Assembly (NCBI GenBank): GCA_963700145.1
Contig: OY969474.1
Span: 2,112,001-2,176,000 of the forward strand
Direction of reading: 5' to 3'
Source of the DNA: an uncultured Acidobacteriota bacterium
GTDB lineage: Bacteria; Acidobacteriota; Thermoanaerobaculia; Multivoradales; UBA5704
Length of the DNA stretch: 64,000 nt
Below, piece by piece: positions 31,034-40,185 of the stretch. Each line of letters opens with the position of its first letter. Within the stretch, counting starts at the first letter, position 1. Both the position numbers and the translations under genes were made by a program. The notes under the pieces were generated by a model that saw only the letters and a list, made by a program, of their open reading frames with translations, was not told where the DNA came from and searched no databases.

Positions 31034-32907
31034 TTCGTCAGGTGCTCCTCGAACCAGCGCACGATCGCAACGTTGGCGCGCATCCGGTTCGGGAGCTTGC
31101 GAAACCCGTGCCCCTCGTCGGGGAAGAGGACGTACTCGACCGGCACCCCGCGGCCCTTCAGGCTCGCCACCACCTGCTCGGCCTCGACCACCGGGACGTT
31201 GGTGTCGTTGGCGCCGTGGAGGACGATCGTCGGCGCCTTCACCCGGTCCACCTGGTGGATCGGCGAGAGGTCGCGCAGCATGGCGCGCTGCGTCGCGGGG
31301 TCGCCGTACTCGACGGTCGAGATCGCCGCCATCCACCCCTCGGTGTGCTGGAAGAAGGTCTCGAAGTTGACCACCCCGAAGAGGTTGGCGCCGGCGGCGA
31401 AGAGGTCGGGGTAGGCGGTCAGGCCGGCCATCGTCATGTAGCCGCCGTAAGAGCCGCCCATGATGCCGAGCTTGCCGGGCGCCGCCGCGCCGCTCCCGAC
31501 CAGCCAGTCGGCGGCGGCCCGGATGTCCTCGACCGCCCCCGTCCGCAGCGGCCCATTGTCCAGGTTGACGAAGCGCTTGCCGAAGCCGAAGGAGCCGCGC
31601 ACGTTGGGCGCGAAGACGCCGATGCCGCGCGCCAGCAGGGCCTGGTAGTCGGCGCGGAACGACGGGCGCTCCTGCGCCTCGGGGCCGCCGTGGAAGGAGA
31701 GGACGTAGGGGCGCGGGCCGGCGGCGCCGGGCGGGCGGTAGAGCCAGCCCGAGAGCTCGAGGCCGTCCTTGGCCGGGAACCGCACCAGCTCCGGGCGCAC
31801 CAGGGCGTCGAGGTCGACACCAGCGTGCGGGCTGAAGGTGACCTGGGTCAGGCGGCCGCTGACGCGCTCCAGCACCCAGACGTCGGACGGGCGGGTCGAG
31901 CCCGAGAGGTTGAAGGCGAGGAGCTTGCCGTCGCGCGAGAAGGTGAGGCCGCCGGCGATGTCGGCCGGCAGCGCCGGGCCGGGGGTGACGCGGCCGCTCG
32001 CCAGGTCGAGGAAGGCCAGCTCGTTGCGCCCGCCGACGTTCCAGAGGAGCGCCGCGGTCGTGCCGTCGCGGCTGACCGCGAGGCCGCCGAGCGGGGCGTC
32101 GTCGCGCGCCGCCAGCACCTCCAGCGGACTCGCCGCGCCGTCCGGCCCGAGGCGCACGCGGGCGAAGGCGACGAGGTCGAGGTCGAGGTCGGCGCCCAGG
32201 TAGACCGCGCCGCCGTCCGGCGCGAAGATGCCGCCGAAGAAGTTGCCCGGGGGCTGATGCGGGGTGAGGAGCGTCTCGGCGCCGGTCGCGAGGTCGAGCA
32301 GCACGAGGTCGCTGTCGCTGCGGCTGACGACGCGGCCGACGACGGCACGGCGGCCGTCGCGGCTCAGGTCGGAGAAGGTGCCGACCCCGGGGTTCCTGGC
32401 CGCCAGCCGCGCCTCGCGGCGCTCGAGGTCGTAGAGGTAGCTGTCCATCGACGCCGCGCCGCCGCGGTTCGAGGAGAAGCCGAGCCGGCGGCCGTCGTCG
32501 CTCCAGGGGCCGAGCCAGTTGTTCTCCTTGCCGCCGTCGGTCAGGCGCACCGCGTCGCGGCCGTCGGGGCGCACCAGGTAGATCTGCGTGTTGAGGCCGC
32601 CCCCCGGCGCCACGGTGAGCGCCAGCCAGGCGCCGTCGGGCGACCACGCGACCTCCCCCACCGGGTCGTCGAAGGCGGTCACCTGCCGCGGCCAGCCGCC
32701 GGCGGCCGGCACCACCCAGACCTGCGGCAGCCCGGAGAGGGTCGAGACGAAGGCGATCTCCGTGCCGTCCGGCGAGAAGCTGGGGGAGAAGCAGGAGCCG
32801 ATCTTGGTCATCCGCGCCACCGCGGCTTCGAGGTCGTCGGCCGCCGCCGCGCCCGCCGGCGGCGCGGCGAGCAGGAGACCCAGGGCGAGGAGGAGGAGCC
32901 TCCTCAC
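31030..32907 (-). CDS. S9 family peptidase with beta-propeller
   Basis: Signal peptide, SPDG repeats, HGGPE, GGSYGG, HGAND, DEGHG. Confidence 0.93.
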   Translation of the reverse strand: MRRLLLLALGLLLAAPPAGAAAADDLEAAVARMTKIGSCFSPSFSPDGTEIAFVSTLSGLPQVWVVPAAGGWPRQVTAFDDPVGEVAWSPDGAWLALTVAPGGGLNTQIYLVRPDGRDAVRLTDGGKENNWLGPWSDDGRRLGFSSNRGGAASMDSYLYDLERREARLAARNPGVGTFSDLSRDGRRAVVGRVVSRSDSDLVLLDLATGAETLLTPHQPPGNFFGGIFAPDGGAVYLGADLDLDLVAFARVRLGPDGAASPLEVLAARDDAPLGGLAVSRDGTTAALLWNVGGRNELAFLDLASGRVTPGPALPADIAGGLTFSRDGKLLAFNLSGSTRPSDVWVLERVSGRLTQVTFSPHAGVDLDALVRPELVRFPAKDGLELSGWLYRPPGAAGPRPYVLSFHGGPEAQERPSFRADYQALLARGIGVFAPNVRGSFGFGKRFVNLDNGPLRTGAVEDIRAAADWLVGSGAAAPGKLGIMGGSYGGYMTMAGLTAYPDLFAAGANLFGVVNFETFFQHTEGWMAAISTVEYGDPATQRAMLRDLSPIHQVDRVKAPTIVLHGANDTNVPVVEAEQVVASLKGRGVPVEYVLFPDEGHGFRKLPNRMRANVAIVRWFEEHLTK

Positions 32908-34109
32908 AGCAGCATCCCGGCGATCGTGGCGGTCTGGAAGGTGGCGAGGGAGCCGGCGATCATGGCGCGCAGCCCGAGGCGGGCGAGGTCCGACTTCCGC
33001 TCCGGGGCGAGGGCGCCGATGCCGCCGATCTGGATGGCGATCGAGGAGAAGTTGGAGAAGCCGCAGAGGGCGTAGGTGGCGATGATGCGCGAGCGGTCGG
33101 AGAGCTCGCCGGCGCCGACCATCTCCTGCAGCCGGATGTAGCCCACGAACTCGTTGACCACGGTCTTGATGCCGAGCAGTGACCCGACGTCCGCGGCCTC
33201 CCGCCACGGCACCCCCATCACCCAGGCGAGCGGCTGGAAAAGAACGCCCAGGATCAGCTCGATGGTCAGCTCGGGGTAGCCGAAGAGCCCGCCGAACCAC
33301 ACCAGCAGGGCGTTGGCCAGCGCCACCAGGCCGATGAAGGCGATGAGCATCGCGGCGACGTTGAGGGCCAGCTTCATGCCGTCCGTGGCGCCGTCGGCGG
33401 CGGCGTCGAGGACGTTCGACCACGGGCGCTCGGGCTCCAGCGTGACCTGCCCCTTGGTGCGGCTCTCCTCGATCTCGGGGAAGGCGAGCTTCGCCATCAG
33501 CAGGCTGGCCGGCGCGGACATGACGCTGGAGGCGATGAGGTGCCCGGCGTCCACCCCCATGCCGACGTAGGCGGCGAGGACACCGCCGGCGAGGTTGGAG
33601 AAGCCGCCGGTCATCACCGCCATCAGCTCGGACTTGGTGAGGAACGGGACGTACGGCTTGATCAGCAGCGGCGCCTCCGTCTGGCCGACGAAGACGTTGA
33701 CCGCCGAGGCCAGCGACTCGGCCCCGGACGTGCCCATCACCCGCACCATGATCCAGGCGAAAACGCGGACGATGAACTGGATGACGCCGACGTAGTAGAG
33801 GACGGTGATGACGCTGGAGAAGAAGATGATCGTCGGCAGCACCTTGAAGGCGAAGAAGTGCTCGCCGAAGCCGTCGCCGAACATGAAGCGGGCGCCGGCG
33901 TCGGAGAAGTCGAGGAAGACCGTCACCGCGTCGGAGAGCCAGGCGAAGAAGGCCTCGCCGGCCGGGGTCTTCAGGATGATGACGGCGAAGAGGAGCTGGA
34001 GGAGGGTGCCGGTGATCACCGTCCGCCAGGGGATGATGCGCTTGTTGTTCGACATCGACCAGGCGAGCAGGAGCATGACCAGCATCCCGAAGAGGGAGAT
34101 GAATCGCAA
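32904..34109 (-). CDS. CNT-family nucleoside transporter (NupC-like)
   Basis: VLPTIIFFS, FVGQTEAPL, NEFVGY, YALCGFSNFSSIAIQIGG. Confidence 0.93.
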   Translation of the reverse strand: MRFISLFGMLVMLLLAWSMSNNKRIIPWRTVITGTLLQLLFAVIILKTPAGEAFFAWLSDAVTVFLDFSDAGARFMFGDGFGEHFFAFKVLPTIIFFSSVITVLYYVGVIQFIVRVFAWIMVRVMGTSGAESLASAVNVFVGQTEAPLLIKPYVPFLTKSELMAVMTGGFSNLAGGVLAAYVGMGVDAGHLIASSVMSAPASLLMAKLAFPEIEESRTKGQVTLEPERPWSNVLDAAADGATDGMKLALNVAAMLIAFIGLVALANALLVWFGGLFGYPELTIELILGVLFQPLAWVMGVPWREAADVGSLLGIKTVVNEFVGYIRLQEMVGAGELSDRSRIIATYALCGFSNFSSIAIQIGGIGALAPERKSDLARLGLRAMIAGSLATFQTATIAGMLL

Positions 34110-34170
34110 GGCCGCCTCCGTGCGCCGGAAGTGTCGGGGCTGAGCGCGGGCGCGAGGCTATACTTCGGGA

Positions 34171-34503
34171 GTGACAGACTTCAACACCGCCCTCGGCCTC
34201 GCGCCCGGCGAGGACGGGAGCGTCGTCCTCGACGCCGGCGCCGCGCACGAGGTGGCGCCGGACACCGTGCACTTCGCCGTCCTCGCCACCCTCGCCGAGG
34301 TCGCCGCCGCGCGCGCCGTCGGCGCCCCGGTCGTCCCCGCCGCGGTCAGCGTGCAACTCCTATCCCGCGCCCGCCCCGGCCGCCTCGTCGGCCGCGGCCG
34401 GGTCCTGAAGCGCGGCCGCCGCCTGGCCTTCGCTGAAGGCGAGGTCACGCAGGACGGCGAGCTGGTGGCGAAGGCAACGATCACCTTCGCGCTACTGGGC
34501 TAG
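34171..34503 (+). CDS. PaaI/hotdog-fold thioesterase
   Basis: VHFAVLATLAE, VQLLSRA, VLKRGRRLAFAEGEV...VAKA. Confidence 0.8.
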   Translation: MTDFNTALGLAPGEDGSVVLDAGAAHEVAPDTVHFAVLATLAEVAAARAVGAPVVPAAVSVQLLSRARPGRLVGRGRVLKRGRRLAFAEGEVTQDGELVAKATITFALLG

Positions 34504-34530
34504 CTGGTCCGCTGTGCTAGCGTTTCCGCG

Positions 34531-34680
34531 ATGAAATTTCTCACCCTCGCGGCCCTTCGCCGGGCACGGGCCCTCGCGGCCGTCACGGAGCTGCAGCGCC
34601 TCTCTTCCGAGCGGGGCCTCGCAGTGATCTCCCCTGAGGAGATCGACGAGGAGATCCAAGCCGCGCGCCGCGCGCGCTGA
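34531..34680 (+). pseudogene. Internally shortened antitoxin (49 aa)
   Basis: MKFLT joined to ALRRARALAAVTELQ...EEIDEEIQAARR; upstream of a PIN fragment. Confidence 0.55.
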
Positions 34681-34694
34681 CGCCCCAGGCCGGC

Positions 34695-34835
34695 ATGCGG
34701 ATCGTCCTGGACACGAACGTGGTCGTGTCCGGGCTGCTCAACGCCTTCGGTCCCTCTGCCCAGATCGTTCGCCTCGTCGCCGCCGGCAACCTGGACCTGT
34801 GCTACGACGCCCGGATCCTGACCGAATACCGCTGC
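34695..34835 (+). pseudogene. Truncated PIN-domain toxin
   Basis: MRIVLDTNVVVSGLL...ILTEYR, after which similarity is lost. Confidence 0.7.
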
Positions 34836-34880
34836 TCCAGCCAAGGGCCACGGCCGCTTCCGGCCTCCGCAGGCGGCGCG

Positions 34881-35240
34881 TCAAGGGATCAGAGCGAGAG
34901 TGTGGCAGAGCGCTGCATCTACGGCGCTCATCGGCAGGCGGCCTATCCTTCGGTCCAGCTCGGAGACACCGACTGTCGCTAGGTTGTCCGTCATCACGAG
35001 GGAGTCGGCCAGCAACCCGGATTCACTTCCTCCAGGGTCTGAAAGCCGGATGAGCACCCGGCTCGGGTGCCCGCTGCGAAAGAGGCGGCTGGTGATCAAC
35101 GCGATGACGACTTGATCGAGGCCCGTGTCGAGGTCGTCGGCTTGCACCACAAGGGCCGGCCGGAGCCTCGCCGTACGGAGGTCCGAGTTTGGGAAGAGCA
35201 CCAGAACGACGTCACCGCGCCGGAAGTCTGGCGTCGTCAT
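34881..35240 (-). CDS. PemK/MazF family toxin
   Basis: RGDVVLVLFP, RPALVVQ, ITS, GL..DS. Confidence 0.9.
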   Translation of the reverse strand: MTTPDFRRGDVVLVLFPNSDLRTARLRPALVVQADDLDTGLDQVVIALITSRLFRSGHPSRVLIRLSDPGGSESGLLADSLVMTDNLATVGVSELDRRIGRLPMSAVDAALCHTLALIP

Positions 35241-35466
35241 AGTGGTCGTACGCCGCCATCTCGGGGCTCTCCCAATCCTCGGCGAAGCGGGCAAGGCGCC
35301 CCCGTAGATCAGCCGCCCCGCGTTCGTCGATTCCCCGAGTGGCGAGAGGGATGCCGTCGCCCTGGAGGAACGTCACCAGCACCCGCGTCTCCTCGGCCAC
35401 CTGGGCGGGTTCCTCGGCCAGCTCCACCCGACCTGCCCGGTAGATTCCTTCGACCGTCTTGAGCAT
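35212..35466 (-). CDS. Putative antitoxin
   Basis: MLKTVEGIY..GRVEL.E; C-terminal FAEDWESPEMAAYD; overlaps the MazF gene. Confidence 0.75.
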   Translation of the reverse strand: MLKTVEGIYRAGRVELAEEPAQVAEETRVLVTFLQGDGIPLATRGIDERGAADLRGRLARFAEDWESPEMAAYDHYDDARLPAR

Positions 35467-35533
35467 GGGTCCACCCTTTCGAGCAAGCGCCATTCTACCT
35501 GCTCACCCGCGTTGCGCCGCTTCTACTGCGGGG

Positions 35534-35864
35534 ATGCAAGGCTTCAACGACGCTCCTCGGGTCGCGCCCGGCGATGACAGCACGATGCTGCTCGACGCCG
35601 GCGCCGCGCACGAGGTGGCGCCGGACACCGTGCACTTCGCAGTCCTCGCCACCCTCGCCGAGGTCGCCGCCGCGCGCCGTAGGCGCCCTGGTCGTCCCCC
35701 CGCAATCGGTCAACGTGCAGCTCCTCTCCCGCGCTCGCCCCGGCAGCCTCTTCGGCGGCGGCCGGCTCCTCCGCCGCGGCCGCCACCTCGCCTTCGCCGA
35801 AGGCGAGGTCATGCAGGACGGCGAGCTGGTGCCGAAAGCCACCAGTACCTTTGCGATACTCTGA
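35534..35864 (+). pseudogene. Frameshifted duplicate of thioesterase 34171-34503
   Basis: Long near-identical stretch CTCGACGCCGGCGCCGCGCACGAGGTGGCGCCGGACACCGTGCACTTCGC with indels. Confidence 0.9.
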
Positions 35865-36006
35865 GAAACGATCCGGAACGATCTAGCGCCTAACTTCACG
35901 TTTGAGAGGGTGCGGCGGTCTTACCCTCGCGGTGGGGATCCTGCGGCCGCACCGCTGACCTGGGAGAGCTCTGAGGCACCCCGTGTAGCCGACGAAAGAG
36001 TTGGAT

Positions 36007-36504
36007 ATGACGTATCCAGAGGAAGTGCAAGAGGCGTTCGGGTGGTATGGCGCAGCGATGCACAACAGCCAATTCCTCGAGGGTGACCTCATAACTCTCC
36101 AGCTTGTGGCATCTGCACTTGCTGGCGAAGCTGCTACAGAGGTCGAGTTGCGAGGCCTTGAATTTGCTCTCACTGGGCGGACACTCGGCCAGCTGCTAAC
36201 CCACCTTCAAGCCGCGATCACAGTGCCAGCGCGTGACCGCGAGCTATGGCAACAGGTCCTGGACCTGCGCAACCGCTTAGCCCACGGCTTCTTCTGGAAG
36301 AACCAGCAACGGCTGACCAGCGTTCAGGGCTGCAGAACCGTTGCCGAGGAACTTCGGCAGGCGGCTCTTGCGTTTGATGAGGCGTCTCAGCGAGCCCGTG
36401 CCCTTCTTGAACAGTGCATTACGAAGCTTGGTATTGACGGCGCCGTGTGGAAAGCACAGGTCAATGCCGAGTTTGCGCGACTCCTCAGAGTCGATCCAAC
36501 GTAG
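36007..36504 (+). CDS. Hypothetical protein with HEPN-like RxxxxH motif (low GC)
   Basis: Helical; TLGQLL ... LRNRLAHGFF. Confidence 0.65.
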   Translation: MTYPEEVQEAFGWYGAAMHNSQFLEGDLITLQLVASALAGEAATEVELRGLEFALTGRTLGQLLTHLQAAITVPARDRELWQQVLDLRNRLAHGFFWKNQQRLTSVQGCRTVAEELRQAALAFDEASQRARALLEQCITKLGIDGAVWKAQVNAEFARLLRVDPT

Positions 36505-36929
36505 TGGTGGTGGCGCGGACGCCTAAGACCTGTGAGACGACGATTGCGCCGCGCATGGCACAGTGAAATTCTAGCGCTGTCCGCTCGTCGCTCCGCAGAC
36601 CCTGATGTTGGAGGAAATCCGAAACCACGTGACCGCCGCCCCAGGGCCGAGTGCCAGGTAATTACCGGATCCCAAAAGTAGGTACAAAATGATTAGTGTT
36701 TACGGCTGGAGAGAGAGTCAGCCGATCACATGGTTCAGCAGGAACCTTACAAACTCAAATCAAGTATGCCTCTATTGTGGCGCTGTTGTCGGTGGAGGTT
36801 CCAAAATCCTCTCTGGCAAGGAACACCTAATCGGGCGGAATTTTGTACCCAAGGGATCCTTGGACAAGAGCTTCAACAGGTTGACACTTCGGTTGGGGGA
36901 AAATCCCCTCGACGTGGAGAGACGACTCG

Positions 36930-37355
36930 ATGTCATCACAGGGTAGGAAGGACGAGGGACGGGCGGTGGGGGTGGGCGGGGCTGCGGGGTCCGGAGCGGA
37001 GCGCAGCGTAGAGCAGGACCCCGCAGCCCTCGAGACACGAGGCAGACCGGGGCGCCGGAGTGTCGAGGATCGCGTCGAGGCGGTGCTCGAGCTGCTGTCG
37101 GGCAAAGGCAGCGTGGAGCAGATCGCGCGGCGCTACGGGGTGCAAGCCGAGACGGTCGAGCGCTGGCGGGAGGTGGCGCTGGAAGGTCTGGCCACCTCGT
37201 TGCGGCAGGGCTCGGGCAAGAGCGGGCGGGAGCTGGCGCTGGAGCGCGAGCTGCGCGACCTCGAGCAAGTCTTTACCCGCGTGGCCATGCAGAAGGAGCT
37301 GCTCGAGAGGGCCTTAAGCGAGCGCCCTTCTCAGCCCAGGAGGTCCGGGCGATGA
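36930..37355 (+). CDS. IS3 transposase OrfA (HTH)
   Basis: SVEQIARRYGV....VERWR; leucine-zipper-like C-terminus. Confidence 0.85.
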   Translation: MSSQGRKDEGRAVGVGGAAGSGAERSVEQDPAALETRGRPGRRSVEDRVEAVLELLSGKGSVEQIARRYGVQAETVERWREVALEGLATSLRQGSGKSGRELALERELRDLEQVFTRVAMQKELLERALSERPSQPRRSGR

Positions 37356-38233
37356 GCCGCACCACCTCGCTGGGCGCAGCACCCGTGCGACTCGTCTGTG
37401 CGACCTTCGGCATCTCGCCTCAGGCCTACTACGCCGCCGGCCATAGGCGGCTGCAGCCAGCGGCGCCTGCGCCGCGCGCCGGGGCCTGGGCTACCGCCGA
37501 GCAGCTCACCGTCGCGATCCCACCCATCGTCCAGGCGCATCCCGGCTGGGGGGTGCGCAAGGTCTGGGCGGTGCTGCGCCGGCAGGGCCTGGTGGCTTCC
37601 CACAAGCGCGTCTGGGCGCTGATGCGTCATTTGGGATTGACGCTGCCGCCGGTGGTCGAGCGCCGCGAGGAGGCCGCCCGTGGTCACGTCACGGTGGCCG
37701 ACTCCAACCGCCGCTGGGCCACCGACCTGACCACCATCTGGACCCGCCAGGACGGCGTCGTGGCGCTGGTGCCGGTCATCGACTGCGGCGACCGTTTCGC
37801 CCTCGCCTGCGCCGTCACCAAGTCCCAAGAGGCGCCGTGCGTTCTGGCGCCCGTGGGCACCTCGCTCTGGAGCGAATTCCACCGTCCCGAAGAAGTGCCC
37901 GACAGCTTGGAGCTACGCTCCGACCACGGCCCGCAATACACCGGCGCCGACTGCGCCGCGCTGTGTGCGCGCTGGCGACTCGACCACACCCTGGCGCCCG
38001 TCGGACGACCCACCGGCAACGCCGTGGCCGAGCGTTTCATCCTGACTCTGAAGTCCGAGCTCATCTGGACCCGCGACTGGGACTCCGCAGCCGAGCTCGA
38101 TCAGGCCCTCCGCCACTGGCTCGACGACTACAACCATCAGCGGCCTCACCAGGCTCTCGGCTGGCAGACACCGGCCGAGCGCCGAGCCGCCAACCTCAAC
38201 CACCGCACCGCCGCGGCACGCGCCGCGCGCTGA
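37352..38233 (+). CDS. IS3 transposase OrfB (DDE/rve)
   Basis: WATDLT, SDHGPQY, GNAVAERF, YNHQRPHQALG..TP. Confidence 0.92.
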   Translation: MSRTTSLGAAPVRLVCATFGISPQAYYAAGHRRLQPAAPAPRAGAWATAEQLTVAIPPIVQAHPGWGVRKVWAVLRRQGLVASHKRVWALMRHLGLTLPPVVERREEAARGHVTVADSNRRWATDLTTIWTRQDGVVALVPVIDCGDRFALACAVTKSQEAPCVLAPVGTSLWSEFHRPEEVPDSLELRSDHGPQYTGADCAALCARWRLDHTLAPVGRPTGNAVAERFILTLKSELIWTRDWDSAAELDQALRHWLDDYNHQRPHQALGWQTPAERRAANLNHRTAAARAAR

Positions 38234-39003
38234 TCATGAACCCAGGGTTTCTCCTCTACCCGAGTGTCTTGACTGGATGGGAACACCACACACCGCTGAG
38301 CGTCACGTCTCGTCCGTTACCCTCTTCAACAGCCCCGCCCGTGCAGTAGATCAGGACGTCGGCGCAATAGCATTGCACAAAGCATCAGCTGACTACCACC
38401 CCGACAAGGGCGGCGTGTTGGTCAAGGATGCGAGTGAGCATCTCGCGATCGAGTTCGGCTGGGCCGGCGGTCGGATGAAGCTCAGCGGTATTGCTCCCCC
38501 TCAACTGAGCCCGCATGCTGTTGGACGTCTCTCGTACCATCACATACAAGCCCTGTTCACCCTCGTCACCACCGAGGACCCTCGCATTGCGGAGAAGATC
38601 AGCCTGTTGCCTATCGAGCATTTCGGCTTGTTTTCCTACTACAGTCATTGGGACTGGGGCAATCCGCGGCTTGTGGAGCTCTCGAAGCGAGCTGCCGGAT
38701 GGGCTTGTCGGGCGCATGTTGCTGCAGCGGGAGGATACTACAAGGCGATACTCAGGCGGTCCGACAACGGATCGGACGGATGGTTCTGGGCGCTCGAATG
38801 GAACTGTTTTCTTAGACTTGTCGGCTGGATTTACTATCCTTCGCAGCAACCGCAGTTGTTCAGCGATCTTCCAAAGCGCGAAGGGTTGTCGTTGCCGGGT
38901 GAACACGGGCGACTCGGACGAGAAATCCCCTTGTCAGAGGCCGACGACAACCTGTTTGCCGTCCTCCCATAGTCCGCATCCTCCGGACTTGCAGCGATAA
39001 AGA

Positions 39004-40185
39004 CTAGAAGTCGAAGTAGCCGTCGCGCACTCGCACCGACACGCCCGACCGCCGCACCCGGACCGCCACCTTGTGCCAGCGGCCGTCGTTCTTGGCGTCG
39101 GAGGCGTAGTAGCCGAGGACGTACTGCTCGCGCAGCTCGGCGAGGATGGCGCCGAAGGCGGCCGGCAGCTCCTCGATCGTGTCGATCGTCACGATCCGCC
39201 CGCCGCTCTCGCGCACCGTCCGCTCGAGCAGGTCGAACTCGGCGGCGTTGGCCTCGGCGTTGCGCCAGGCCGAGGAGAAGGACTTCCGCTTGACCTTGGC
39301 GCCGAACTGGATCCAGTAGACCAGGGTCTGGCTGGTCCCCGCCTTCCACAGCGCGTCCTGCATCGACAGCGCGCTGTGCACCTCGGCGCCGTCGGAGAGG
39401 AGCACCACGACCCGCCGCCCCTGCTGCGACTCGAGGAGCTTCAGGGCCATGTACATGTGGTCGGCCACCGCCGAGCCGCCGCCGGCCGTGACCTGCGCCA
39501 GCGCCTGCCGCAGCACCTGCGGGTCCTGGGTGAAGGGGGTGGTGGCGAGCAGGCGGTCGGAGAAGAGGGCGAGCATCGCCTCGTCGAGCGGCTTCATGCC
39601 GGCGACGAAGGCGGCCGCGCCGTCCACCGCGGCGCGCAGCCGCTCCCCCTGCATGCTCTCGCTGCTGTCGACCAGCAGGACGGCGGTGAACGGCAGCTCG
39701 CCGCGCCCGAAGGTGATGAGCTTCTGCTCCTTGCCGTTGTCCTGGATCGTGAAGTCGTCGCCGTCGAGGTCGAGCGCCCGCTCGCCGCCGCGCTGGACGG
39801 TGACGAAGAGCTGCTGCAGCTCGAGGGTCATCTCGTCGTCGATCTGCACCGCCACGGTGCGCACCACGTCGCTGGCGGTGGCGCCGGAGGCGCCGACGGC
39901 GACTACCTTGAACTCGCGCTCGGCGTTGTCGTCCCCGGCCTCGACGACCATGCGGTAGGGGGGCGCGTTGAAGGTCGCCACCCGCTTGCCGTTCAAGAAG
40001 AACTCGACCTTCTGCACCGCCTCGTTGGCCTGCACCGTGGCCTCGAACCCGGTCGGGCCGAAGACCGCCTGCCCCGCGGTCGGCGTCACGATGCGCGGCT
40101 GCACGGCCGCCCGCAGCGGGGCGCCGGCGGCGGCGAGGATGGGGGCGAGTGCGAGGAGGAGGACGAGGGTGCTGCGGCGCTTCAC
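39004..40185 (-). CDS. VWA-domain protein with N-terminal Ig-like domain (acidobacterial VWFA-related)
   Basis: Signal peptide, DSSES MIDAS motif, LSDG, ELREQYVLGY, RDGY. Confidence 0.85.
   Translation of the reverse strand: MKRRSTLVLLLALAPILAAAGAPLRAAVQPRIVTPTAGQAVFGPTGFEATVQANEAVQKVEFFLNGKRVATFNAPPYRMVVEAGDDNAEREFKVVAVGASGATASDVVRTVAVQIDDEMTLELQQLFVTVQRGGERALDLDGDDFTIQDNGKEQKLITFGRGELPFTAVLLVDSSESMQGERLRAAVDGAAAFVAGMKPLDEAMLALFSDRLLATTPFTQDPQVLRQALAQVTAGGGSAVADHMYMALKLLESQQGRRVVVLLSDGAEVHSALSMQDALWKAGTSQTLVYWIQFGAKVKRKSFSSAWRNAEANAAEFDLLERTVRESGGRIVTIDTIEELPAAFGAILAELREQYVLGYYASDAKNDGRWHKVAVRVRRSGVSVRVRDGYFDF

Larger units (their letters stand above)
36877..38290 (+). mobile_element. IS3-family insertion sequence; left IR truncated
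   Basis: orfA + orfB; right end ...GTGTCTTGACTGGATGGGAACACCACA; left end keeps only the inner IR part (GACACTTCGGTTGGGGGAAAATCCC). Confidence 0.85.
36689..38972 (+). pseudogene. HNH-endonuclease-like gene split by IS3 element
   Basis: 5' part CLYCG...KEHLIGRNF (36689-36876); 3' part AERHVSSVTLF...WFWALEWN (38291-38972); both lower GC. Confidence 0.65.
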
